From a virus (Duplodnaviria; Caudoviricetes): a stretch of 31,365 bases of DNA. Location: positions 1 to 31,365 of IMG/VR virus record IMGVR_UViG_3300012231_000036; one strand, given 5' to 3'. Below, piece after piece: positions 9,298-17,711 of this stretch. Made by a program: the position numbers and the translations under genes. Under the pieces are notes generated by a model. The model was not told where the DNA came from and ran no database searches. It was given only the letters and a program-made list of their open reading frames with translations. Within the stretch, counting starts at the first letter, position 1. Every line of letters starts with the position of its first letter.

Positions 9298-9336
9298 TAT
9301 AGTCAACTTTGCGCTCTGTTTTAGCCATATCCATAC

Positions 9337-9356
9337 TTATGCACAAGTTATCCACA
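9337..9356 (+). promoter_or_regulatory. Two tandem DnaA boxes
   Basis: TTATGCACA (9337-9345) and TTATCCACA (9348-9356), both matching TTATNCACA, 11-bp period. Confidence 0.6.
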
Positions 9357-9393
9357 CTGTATCGTTTCGTTACACTGTTATTGTTGTGTGGTA

Positions 9394-9936
9394 TCATTCA
9401 TTGATACTCTCTGCAATTAATGGCGTTTCATCCGTCTCAAGTGATCCCTGAGCGATTAATGGCACTAGTTCAGTGGCTTGTAACTCTTTCCTTGCGAATG
9501 TCTCAATTCCTGTACTTTCCAATTTCATGCGGCCTATAAACTCACGTTCAAGCTGATCCAGAGGCACGTTCTTAAGGTCTGGTAAGTTCTGAGTTACGTT
9601 TGCATTGACGTTTATTGTCTTTTCCACGTACATTCCATTAAACCGGGCTAAGTTCTCTAGACACCTGGCTCTTATTAGTTCGCTTGTAGATGTTTCGTAT
9701 AGTACTGCAAACTCCTGTCTTACAACGTCTGCATTGTATATCTTGGTAAGCGGGACTCTGATTTTGTTTAATTGCTCTTGGACGGTAGGACGCTTAAGTA
9801 GCTTCTGGCTATTGGCCGCCGCTGCTCCATAGTTACTAGTCCCGAATGCTTCCATATATGACTTAACCGCGTTCTCGGTGGTAGCGTATAATCGGCAAAA
9901 TATCAATGCTTTTGAGCTTAGGCGGCGGGGCTTCAT
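9394..9936 (-). CDS. terS: Terminase small subunit
   Basis: IFCRLYATTENAVKSYMEAF...AAAANSQKLLKRPTVQ HTH and RARCLENLARFNGMY oligomerisation motif of the Terminase_2 family. Confidence 0.85.
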   Translation of the reverse strand: MKPRRLSSKALIFCRLYATTENAVKSYMEAFGTSNYGAAAANSQKLLKRPTVQEQLNKIRVPLTKIYNADVVRQEFAVLYETSTSELIRARCLENLARFNGMYVEKTINVNANVTQNLPDLKNVPLDQLEREFIGRMKLESTGIETFARKELQATELVPLIAQGSLETDETPLIAESINE

Positions 9937-9955
9937 TTAATGCTGATTTGAGTCT

Positions 9956-10016
9956 TTATTAAATTTTGTTAATGTTGAAGAATTGTCTTGACATTGGTGA
10001 AATCGTTTGCTATTAT
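9956..10016 (+). promoter_or_regulatory. Sigma70 promoter P1 with upstream TTATTAAATTTT box
   Basis: TTGACA 9988-9993, 17-bp spacer, TATTAT 10011-10016; box at 9956-9967. Confidence 0.75.
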
Positions 10017-10058
10017 TAGGTGTAATTAACATTCACTTAACTAAATAGGAGAATCAAA

Positions 10059-10148
10059 ATGACATCAGATAGAATCGAGACAATCGCAATAATCGGAGCG
10101 GCTTTAGTTATGGGTGCGTTCCTTTGGATTATACTTCACGCTATCTAA
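10059..10148 (+). CDS. Small single-TM protein
   Basis: MTSDRIETIAIIGAALVMGAFLWIILHAI, AGGAG RBS, first gene after P1. Confidence 0.6.
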   Translation: MTSDRIETIAIIGAALVMGAFLWIILHAI

Positions 10149-10180
10149 TTCACTCTTTCACTAATAGGAGAAATGAGACA

Positions 10181-10396
10181 ATGGAAAAGCAAGTTGAGAT
10201 CATCCAATCAACACCAATTCGGCAATTAACTTGCTGCTGCTGCGGTCAATCTGCGCGAGGCCGTCAATGGTATAACCGCGATAAAGGTTATGGCCTTTGC
10301 TCAAAGTGTGCCGAATGGATCGGCAAAAGAGAGTCAGCAACCGAAATGTATTCAAATTATGGTATGCCCGGTTTTCATTACAACGTTCCCGCTTAA
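10181..10396 (+). CDS. Cys-rich zinc-finger-like protein
   Basis: TCCCCG...LCSKC; AGGAG upstream. Confidence 0.65.
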   Translation: MEKQVEIIQSTPIRQLTCCCCGQSARGRQWYNRDKGYGLCSKCAEWIGKRESATEMYSNYGMPGFHYNVPA

Positions 10397-10414
10397 TCCC
10401 TCGCTCCCTCACCT

Positions 10415-10441
10415 AGCCCGGCCTTCAAGCTGGGCTTTTTT
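10415..10441 (+). terminator. Rho-independent terminator
   Basis: AGCCCGGC-cttcaa-GCTGGGCT followed by a T-run. Confidence 0.8.
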
Positions 10442-10509
10442 ATGCCCATTAATGCGCAATGGCTCAGTTATTGCTTGAATCAACCCACCTCAAGCTTAAT
10501 ACACTTGGG

Positions 10510-10538
10510 AATATAAGCAATCGAGGATTGGGAATCAA
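10510..10538 (-). promoter_or_regulatory. Leftward sigma70-type promoter
   Basis: TTGATT-17 bp-TATATT on the minus strand, back-to-back with P2. Confidence 0.55.
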
Positions 10539-10559
10539 GTTAAATTTTAGTACAGTCAA

Positions 10560-10620
10560 TTATTAAATTTTACTTAAATTGTATTTTCTTCTTGACATTG
10601 GCTGAAAGCCTTTGTATATT
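10560..10620 (+). promoter_or_regulatory. Sigma70 promoter P2 with upstream TTATTAAATTTT box
   Basis: TTGACA 10592-10597, 17 bp, TATATT 10615-10620; box 10560-10571. Confidence 0.75.
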
Positions 10621-10668
10621 GATAAAAGTAAGACTAACTAACTGTTCAAATAAATAGGAGAAAGTGCC

Positions 10669-11121
10669 ATGCCAATGCCAACGAAAAAAGAGTACCATGA
10701 TAACGAAATGCGGAAGTATTTTCATAAGATTGAGGAACTGAACGCATCTCCGTTAAAGGATCGCCAAGAAGCGAGGGAAGAATTTTACAAAGCTATGAAA
10801 GATAGCCCACTTTGGGTAGCCGAGCAAATTGACTGGATGCTTAGCGGTACTTATGGCTATGCCGAACAGTATGCGGCTATGAATTTTTTCAAGGGCAAGC
10901 TGAATATCGCCGCCGGACTTACCCAAATGGTAGCTGAATTGAATTGGCAAAGTACGGCGGATTTCGCAAGAGACGCATGGAAGAAATTAACCGCAGACGA
11001 AAAACAAGCATTACAAGAGCACGTCGATGCTGTTATCAAAAGAACCCGCGAGGAATTGGTTGAAGAATACTTCGCCGGATATACGACAGCACTTGACGAA
11101 ATTGAAAGAGGCGCACAATGA
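10669..11121 (+). CDS. Hypothetical early protein
   Basis: 150 aa helical, AGGAG RBS after P2. Confidence 0.75.
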   Translation: MPMPTKKEYHDNEMRKYFHKIEELNASPLKDRQEAREEFYKAMKDSPLWVAEQIDWMLSGTYGYAEQYAAMNFFKGKLNIAAGLTQMVAELNWQSTADFARDAWKKLTADEKQALQEHVDAVIKRTREELVEEYFAGYTTALDEIERGAQ

Positions 11122-11324
11122 AAGAAGAGCCTGTCTACGCTTTCCCACGTCCAGAATGGACTACTCAACCCCATAGAACTGGCATGACCCTGCGTGACTA
11201 TTTCGCCGGACAAGCGTTAAACGGTGTTATTGCCGATCCCACAGTCCAGGTTGACCCACAAACCGCAGCCAAAGCCTGTTATGAATACGCCGATGCCATG
11301 CTTACTGAAAGGGGGAAGGAATGA
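11118..11324 (+). CDS. Conserved small phage protein (GMTLRDYFA family)
   Basis: AFP...GMTLRDYFAGQAL...YEYADAML motif widespread in phages. Confidence 0.8.
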   Translation: MKEEPVYAFPRPEWTTQPHRTGMTLRDYFAGQALNGVIADPTVQVDPQTAAKACYEYADAMLTERGKE

Positions 11325-11680
11325 TAAAACGCATCCAACGTAAGCGCACAAAGAATTGGAAAGCCCCCAGTGGGACTGTCTATGTTGGCAGACCTACAAG
11401 GTGGGGCAATCCATTTAAGGTTGATTCATATACTCCAAATCGCACAGAGTGTATTGAAACATTCCGAGACATGCTAATTACTAGACAACATGGGACACCG
11501 CTTTGGTTCGACGATTTCTACCTTGTGCCCCTGAAAAACAAAAAATACCTATCTTGTTGGTGCAAAATCGGCGAATTGTGCCATGCTGATATATGGATCA
11601 ATTTTTTAAATGAACGTGCCAATAAAAGGGAAATAGAGCGGACTAAGTTCACCGCTTCCACGTCTTTCACCAATTGGTGA
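11321..11680 (+). CDS. DUF4326 domain protein
   Basis: VYVGRPTRWGNPF...LSCWC...CHADI. Confidence 0.85.
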   Translation: MIKRIQRKRTKNWKAPSGTVYVGRPTRWGNPFKVDSYTPNRTECIETFRDMLITRQHGTPLWFDDFYLVPLKNKKYLSCWCKIGELCHADIWINFLNERANKREIERTKFTASTSFTNW

Positions 11681-11684
11681 ACAA

Positions 11685-11963
11685 ATGAGCCTACCAAAAT
11701 GCGGACTGTGTGGAAGTGAGGTCACAATTACCTACTCATCCGAATTCGGGAACTGGACTTCTCATAAAACACATAGAGAGTGTAATCTTGCCCTATGCTA
11801 TCTGACCCCACCAGAATGGGTCAAACTGTTCCCCGATAACTCGCTGCTCGATAAAATAAGAGATGAACTTTGGAGAATACAGAGCCATTACGGAGAAATG
11901 GGCGAAACACCAATGCCAGAAATTGTAACCGACATTGAGAGCCTAATATACTTAATCCCTTAA
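11685..11963 (+). CDS. Zinc-ribbon hypothetical protein
   Basis: LPKCGLCGS...HxxxxxC. Confidence 0.65.
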   Translation: MSLPKCGLCGSEVTITYSSEFGNWTSHKTHRECNLALCYLTPPEWVKLFPDNSLLDKIRDELWRIQSHYGEMGETPMPEIVTDIESLIYLIP

Positions 11964-11974
11964 AGGACGAACCA

Positions 11975-12058
11975 ATGACAACTATTGTCGGAATAATGTT
12001 TGTAATCTTTTTTGTTTTTTTAGTGTGGCTATTTTTCTGGACAGAGCCAAAGCCATGA
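11975..12058 (+). CDS. Small single-TM protein
   Basis: MTTIVGIMFVIFFVFLVWLFFWTEPKP, AAGGA RBS, ATGA overlap. Confidence 0.55.
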   Translation: MTTIVGIMFVIFFVFLVWLFFWTEPKP

Positions 12059-12228
12059 AACTCTTCCTCGCTCCATCCCGCCCCATGTCTTTGACCTTCC
12101 ATGACATTAAATCCCTGGAATGGCAAGGGTTAGGCTGCTGGGTGCAAACTATGCAGTCAGGCTATTGGCTCAAAGTTGAGCAAGTAGTAAGCAGTAAACA
12201 AGTAAATTATACCGTATCAGTCAACTAA
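12055..12228 (+). CDS. Hypothetical protein
   Basis: ATGA-coupled start at 12055 (MKLFLAPSRP). Confidence 0.55.
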   Translation: MKLFLAPSRPMSLTFHDIKSLEWQGLGCWVQTMQSGYWLKVEQVVSSKQVNYTVSVN

Positions 12229-12243
12229 TAGGAGAATTGAGTC

Positions 12244-12420
12244 ATGGAAAAGATTGACATACTCCAAGAATGGGTTGAGCAAGGCAGAGCAATTTCGCTG
12301 TGTTTGAACGGCACAAAGATATTGAAGAACAAGGAACAGCGAGACCGCAATAACGGAAAAACTGCCTGTTATGATGAAATTCTACATTGGATTAAGCAAA
12401 TAAAGACGGGCAACCCATGA
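12244..12420 (+). CDS. Hypothetical protein
   Basis: 58 aa MEKIDILQEW..., AGGAG RBS. Confidence 0.6.
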   Translation: MEKIDILQEWVEQGRAISLCLNGTKILKNKEQRDRNNGKTACYDEILHWIKQIKTGNP

Positions 12421-12530
12421 AAACAATAGTCCGGCTATTCTTCGCGCTCTGCTTCATATACACGCTATACATGGGGATAAGCTACTTTAAGCCACAGGGT
12501 AAGATCAGCACAACTATTCCGAGGCCGTAA
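12417..12530 (+). CDS. Small membrane protein
   Basis: MKTIVRLFFALCFIYTLYMGISYF..., ATGA-coupled. Confidence 0.5.
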   Translation: MKTIVRLFFALCFIYTLYMGISYFKPQGKISTTIPRP

Positions 12531-12851
12531 ATGAAAACAGTAATCGCGCTTGCCAAATATCTTTTGAATCACCCAGACCCAAGGGTAGCTTTTTTCTCAA
12601 TGTACTTTTTCTATTGTGCTTTGCCGATGGCGTGGATGCCCCTTATGTCTGACGAGGGATTCGGCACAACTCCAGGCGGTGCGCTGGGGGCGTATTTGAT
12701 GATTCAATCGTTATTCTTTGGGGTGGTGTTTTTCTTCTTTATCCTGAACTTCAATTTGTTCGGGAAGTGGAACAAATCATCGCAAGAGAAAATTGACGAA
12801 CTGAAGAAACTCAGAGAAGTGCTTAAACTAGATAAATTGGAGGACAAATGA
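12531..12851 (+). CDS. Two-TM membrane protein
   Basis: 106 aa, two hydrophobic helices, charged C-terminus. Confidence 0.65.
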   Translation: MKTVIALAKYLLNHPDPRVAFFSMYFFYCALPMAWMPLMSDEGFGTTPGGALGAYLMIQSLFFGVVFFFFILNFNLFGKWNKSSQEKIDELKKLREVLKLDKLEDK

Positions 12852-13021
12852 AAACGTCAAACTGTTGCGGGGCTAACGTTTATGATGATTCAGATATTTG
12901 CTCACGCTGTAAAGAACATTGTGAGGCTCAATGTGAATGTCAGTATAACGAATATCACGATGGAATGACTTGTGAGTGTTCGGAGAAGTGTAACTTTTGC
13001 TATCCCGACAAAGTCCAGTGA
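12848..13021 (+). CDS. Cys-rich metal-binding microprotein
   Basis: 57 aa, 11 Cys (SNCCGA...ICSRCKEHC...), GGAGG RBS, ATGA overlap. Confidence 0.65.
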   Translation: MKTSNCCGANVYDDSDICSRCKEHCEAQCECQYNEYHDGMTCECSEKCNFCYPDKVQ

Positions 13022-13294
13022 AAACCTCTATTTTTTTCTTTCCTCCAAAGAGGGTAGTTAGTTGGTCTGTTCCTCTGACTTCAAATCAAGAGACAATTCA
13101 CTCTCAAACGCTCTTGCTTTTAAAAAGAAAATTGATTTTTCTCTCAAGTGGGGGGTTAGAAATTTATGGCTGGCGAGTTTTCAGTTGCCAGTAACCGCTT
13201 ATTGCGCCTTTATACGGGGGAATCAGCCCCGCCCAGATGGGAGCAGCCAATAAGAACGTCCGAGCCTTGATAACATTAAACTATTACAGGGACG
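13022..13294. ncRNA. Structured non-coding segment (candidate ncRNA or origin)
   Basis: Several stems: CGTCC/GGACG, CTTATTG/CAATAAG, CGGGG/CCCCG, CTGGC/GCCAG; no convincing ORF. Confidence 0.3.
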
Positions 13295-13471
13295 CTACTT
13301 TAATGGGATGTCGTAGTAGGGGTAGTCTTTCTTGGGGAGTTGTCCTTTGTTGATCTTGATTTGTTCGGTTGTCGGTTCGCTAAAGACCTCCATCAGTTTA
13401 ACGGAACTCTTTCCGAGTTGTCGAAACATCCCGAAAATTTCTCCCTGAAACGATGTGGTCTTTCTTTCCAT
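13295..13471 (-). CDS. Small leaderless protein (possible regulator)
   Basis: 58 aa MERKTTSFQGEIFG...; ATG 7 nt after a TATATT -10; only leftward gene found inside the early arm. Confidence 0.55.
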   Translation of the reverse strand: MERKTTSFQGEIFGMFRQLGKSSVKLMEVFSEPTTEQIKINKGQLPKKDYPYYDIPLK

Positions 13472-13472
13472 A

Positions 13473-13507
13473 TTCGGGAATATAATCAACTCCCGAAACG
13501 AAATCAA
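13473..13507 (-). promoter_or_regulatory. Leftward promoter with inverted-repeat operator
   Basis: TTGATT 13507-13502, 17 bp, TATATT 13484-13479; TTCGGGA-N11-TCCCGAA straddles the -10. Confidence 0.65.
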
Positions 13508-13552
13508 GTTAATATTTATTAAACTTTTACTAACATACTCTTTAACAATGAA

Positions 13553-13613
13553 TTATTAAATTTTACTAATGAATACGATTTGTCTTGACTTTGGTCAAAA
13601 CATTAGCGATATT
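13553..13613 (+). promoter_or_regulatory. Sigma70 promoter P3 with upstream TTATTAAATTTT box
   Basis: TTGACT 13585-13590, 17 bp, GATATT 13608-13613; box 13553-13564. Confidence 0.65.
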
Positions 13614-13652
13614 CATATAAATCACAGTATAAACCAAAATAGGAGTCGCAAT

Positions 13653-13963
13653 ATGAAACAGTTCAGACAGGGCGATGTTTTAATCGAACGCATTGAAGCT
13701 TTGCCAGGGAATCTCAAAGATTACAAGCGTGACAATGGCCGAATCATTCTTGCCTACGGTGAGGTCACAGGCCATGCTCATGCTATCGACGAGGAAACAG
13801 CGAAGTCTTTTGTGAACGAAGCCGGGGAGTTATTCATCGAAGTTGATGAGCCAGCCGAGATCGTCCACGAAGAACACGCCACAATCCCGCTTCCTACGGG
13901 TGTGTATCGGATCACTCACCAAAGGGAATACACGCCCCAAGAGATTCGCCGCGTGGCAGACTG

Positions 13964-13964
<1 letters not shown>
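13653..13964 (+). CDS. Conserved His-rich protein, usual partner of DUF6745
   Basis: RQGDV...LAYGEVTGHAH...HEEH...GVYRI.HQREY motifs; AGGAG RBS. Confidence 0.85.
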
Positions 13965-15175
<1,211 letters not shown>

Positions 15176-15184
15176 GAGAACCCA

Positions 15185-15370
15185 ATGAAAGCCAAAGTAA
15201 TAAGGGAATACTCGGAAGTGTCTCAGGCCGTTAGACTGCGCCTGTACTTCGATGATCGTTACATAGCCTCGTTTGACGATACAGCGCTAGGCTTAGAACT
15301 CGCCAAGTGTGCCATAGAGCGTAAACGTAACGGGATTGAGCCAGAGGTGGTTTATGAGGCTGAGATATGA
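15185..15370 (+). CDS. Hypothetical protein
   Basis: 61 aa, AGGAG RBS. Confidence 0.65.
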   Translation: MKAKVIREYSEVSQAVRLRLYFDDRYIASFDDTALGLELAKCAIERKRNGIEPEVVYEAEI

Positions 15371-15564
15371 TTATTCAATTTGTCGTTAGAAGCGGAAAGC
15401 CGTTTAAGCGCATGGATGCAGACGTTGTGGATGAAGGGCTAGTAGCGGCATGGCTACGGGTGGGACACGAAGGACACATCGTTATTGATGGTGCTGATAC
15501 TTTCCAGCCAGTTCTTCTGCGAGACATTGACCTTCTCGCAACTGACTGGGAGGTGAAAACATGA
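15367..15564 (+). CDS. DUF2829 / Tad2-like protein
   Basis: SGKPFKR...DLLATDWEV signature. Confidence 0.6.
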   Translation: MIIQFVVRSGKPFKRMDADVVDEGLVAAWLRVGHEGHIVIDGADTFQPVLLRDIDLLATDWEVKT

Positions 15565-15872
15565 CCGACCCCCTCACCCACTGGGCGTATATCACGTTCA
15601 AAATCAGACAAGCCCAGAAGGAGGCTAAGGAGAAGGTCATGGACGCGGAAGGACTGAACAAGAAGTCCTTGGCTGACCTTGAACAGATGGCCTTTGTCCA
15701 CATGTTGGGGGCTGAAACAGTTAATACTGAATATGGGGTAGTCCAGAAGCTATACAATGACAAGCCCATTACTTTCAGGCCAGTCAGGGCTACGAGAAGT
15801 GCAGATGGTGGATTGTCTTTGGCGCAAGCCAATACACGAAGGTTGAATTTAGCGATAAAGGAAAAGGAATGA
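15561..15872 (+). CDS. Hypothetical protein
   Basis: 103 aa, GGAGGT RBS, ATGA overlap. Confidence 0.65.
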   Translation: MTDPLTHWAYITFKIRQAQKEAKEKVMDAEGLNKKSLADLEQMAFVHMLGAETVNTEYGVVQKLYNDKPITFRPVRATRSADGGLSLAQANTRRLNLAIKEKE

Positions 15873-15942
15873 CTTCTCCCAACCACGATCACGGGCTATA
15901 TCTGGATTACTCCTATTATTTGGGTATAGCCTTGGTTGGGTT

Positions 15943-16218
15943 ATGACCTACTGCTCCCAATGCCACCGTGACCGCCCAGACAATCAATTTGAGTATGCCA
16001 AGCCAGTCCCGATTCTGGGTGCGCTTAGGACTGTGTGCGATAATTGCTACTTTTCGTGGCACTGTGTCGAGTGTGACAAGATCATACCATTCCAGGACGA
16101 TGAGATATACACTTGTGAGTGTGGGACAGTCCTGGGGTGGGATTGGAAAGATGGGACGTATATCAGGGCTGAGAGCGAAAGTGAGTTTATGGACAAATTT
16201 TACAAGGTGAAGCCATGA
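15943..16218 (+). CDS. Double zinc-finger protein
   Basis: CSQC, CDNC, CVEC, CEC. Confidence 0.65.
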   Translation: MTYCSQCHRDRPDNQFEYAKPVPILGALRTVCDNCYFSWHCVECDKIIPFQDDEIYTCECGTVLGWDWKDGTYIRAESESEFMDKFYKVKP

Positions 16219-16415
16219 AGATCACTCAAGAGATGTGGGCGGTGGGGTGGGCGGATTTTGAGGGGCTTAGTTTCCCAAGTCCCATGAGAACCGGAGCGTG
16301 GATCGTATGCGCCAATGAAACCATAGCGGAAAGCAAGAGGGTGTTTCCAAAACAAAAGATTCAGCGTGTCCTCGTCACGATCACCCCCATCACCAAGAAG
16401 AAAGGGAAGAAATGA
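16215..16415 (+). CDS. Hypothetical protein
   Basis: 66 aa, GGTGA RBS, ATGA overlap. Confidence 0.65.
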   Translation: MKITQEMWAVGWADFEGLSFPSPMRTGAWIVCANETIAESKRVFPKQKIQRVLVTITPITKKKGKK

Positions 16416-16654
16416 AAACATTCTTACTTATATTTGTACTCGGTATTTGCGGGTGTTACAAGTGCGAAGAAACGGTGAAGGAAAGCTGGGTTATGAAACA
16501 TTGTGTTGTCGGTAAGCCCATACCAGTTGGGTTTCCCAGGACGCTGATCGAAAAGAACGCTGTTTATGCAAAGTGGTTTGTGGACGGGGGAGATTCTCAA
16601 GCGTGGGTTACCTGTAATGCAGATACTATTGTTTCTGTATGGGTGAAGCCATGA
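16412..16654 (+). CDS. Putative lipoprotein
   Basis: MKTFLLIFVLGICGC lipobox-like. Confidence 0.6.
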   Translation: MKTFLLIFVLGICGCYKCEETVKESWVMKHCVVGKPIPVGFPRTLIEKNAVYAKWFVDGGDSQAWVTCNADTIVSVWVKP

Positions 16655-16827
16655 CAATCCAAGAAGCAATCAAGAGTGGGAAGCCGTTCAAGCGTCCAGA
16701 ATTTATATGGTGGGTTCATGCTCAGGGCTCACTGTTGAATATGTTCAATGAGGTGCGCGAAGATTTCATACGGTTCTATGCTACGACACAAGACATCCTC
16801 GCTGACGATTGGGAGGTGAAGCCATGA
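16651..16827 (+). CDS. DUF2829 / Tad2-like protein
   Basis: MTIQEAIKSGKPFKR...TQDILADDWEV. Confidence 0.65.
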   Translation: MTIQEAIKSGKPFKRPEFIWWVHAQGSLLNMFNEVREDFIRFYATTQDILADDWEVKP

Positions 16828-17135
16828 CCGAACTCAAGCCGCTACTGCCGTGCCCGTTTTGTGGAAGTCCAGCTAAAACAGTTGGCGATGCCTCAGATTC
16901 GGTTATTGTATGCTCGAACATAAAATGCGTTATCGCCGAAAATTGGTTCCGATTTGACCAGTGGAACACCCGCGCCCCCGACCCCTTGCTTGAGAAGGTG
17001 AAGTATAATCTTGACAGGATAATGATGAAAACAAATGACCCGTGGGCGCACGCTGTTGCAAAAGATACGCTCTCCCTTTTCCCGCCCAAACCGGAGTCCG
17101 TGAGTCCCCCGAATCGTAAACAGGAGAAAGTATGA
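16824..17135 (+). CDS. Lar-family restriction-alleviation-like protein
   Basis: LLPCPFCGS...VCSNIKC...WNTRA. Confidence 0.75.
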   Translation: MTELKPLLPCPFCGSPAKTVGDASDSVIVCSNIKCVIAENWFRFDQWNTRAPDPLLEKVKYNLDRIMMKTNDPWAHAVAKDTLSLFPPKPESVSPPNRKQEKV

Positions 17136-17346
17136 ACAATAGATTCATCGTAATACTCATAGTGTTTTTCATCTTTATGACATTGATGGTGTTCTTGGCT
17201 GACGATGATTCCCACTTTAACGCAAGAGGTGGAAACCCAGCTATTCCAGCCGACACTTTCGATTACGCCACAGGAAAGGTTAAAAAGGGACGGTGGAAGA
17301 ATCCGGCTGATTCGATAAACTTTTATCAGGGGGTTGTGAGATGAAA
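17094..17346 (+). repeat. Direct repeat copy 1 (253 bp)
   Basis: Ungapped match to 18642-18894; 17 mismatches by manual count. Confidence 0.95.
17132..17344 (+). CDS. Membrane-anchored small protein, copy 1
   Basis: N-terminal TM, AGGAG RBS; paralog at 18680. Confidence 0.7.
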   Translation: MNNRFIVILIVFFIFMTLMVFLADDDSHFNARGGNPAIPADTFDYATGKVKKGRWKNPADSINFYQGVVR

Positions 17347-17562
17347 ATAGAAACATGGTCACATTCTGTTCGTGAAGAATTGTTGGCGACGCTAAAACTG
17401 ATTGCCGGATTGCTGGCTTGGCAAAATGAAATGTATTGGTTGGCGTGGGTCGTGTTTGTTCTTTGTGGCATGGACGTTTTCCTCGCCATAAGATTCGCAC
17501 TCATAGAAATAGCTGTGATGAAATCAAATACAAACCGCCAGAGCGGGGAAGGAGTAGTATGA
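17341..17562 (+). CDS. Membrane protein
   Basis: 73 aa hydrophobic, ATGA-coupled. Confidence 0.6.
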   Translation: MKIETWSHSVREELLATLKLIAGLLAWQNEMYWLAWVVFVLCGMDVFLAIRFALIEIAVMKSNTNRQSGEGVV

Positions 17563-17711
17563 GACTAATCAAGATGGTTTTGATTGTTCCGATTGTGTTT
17601 TGGAAAGAGATTTTGGTTGTGTTGTGGGTGGTGGGTATGCTCTATGCGGTTTCAGAACTTGCAGAGCCGTCACCGAGTCCACTGAATCGTGGTGCGTGGG
17701 TGAAGCCATGA
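17559..17711 (+). CDS. Small membrane protein
   Basis: MRLIKMVLIVPIVFWKEILVVLWVVGMLY...; AAGGAG RBS. Confidence 0.6.
   Translation: MRLIKMVLIVPIVFWKEILVVLWVVGMLYAVSELAEPSPSPLNRGAWVKP

Noticed and set aside
13160-13294. Known self-cleaving ribozyme or group I intron
   Set aside because: No hammerhead CUGAnGA/GAAA core arrangement or group I P7 consensus recognised; kept only as an unassigned structure
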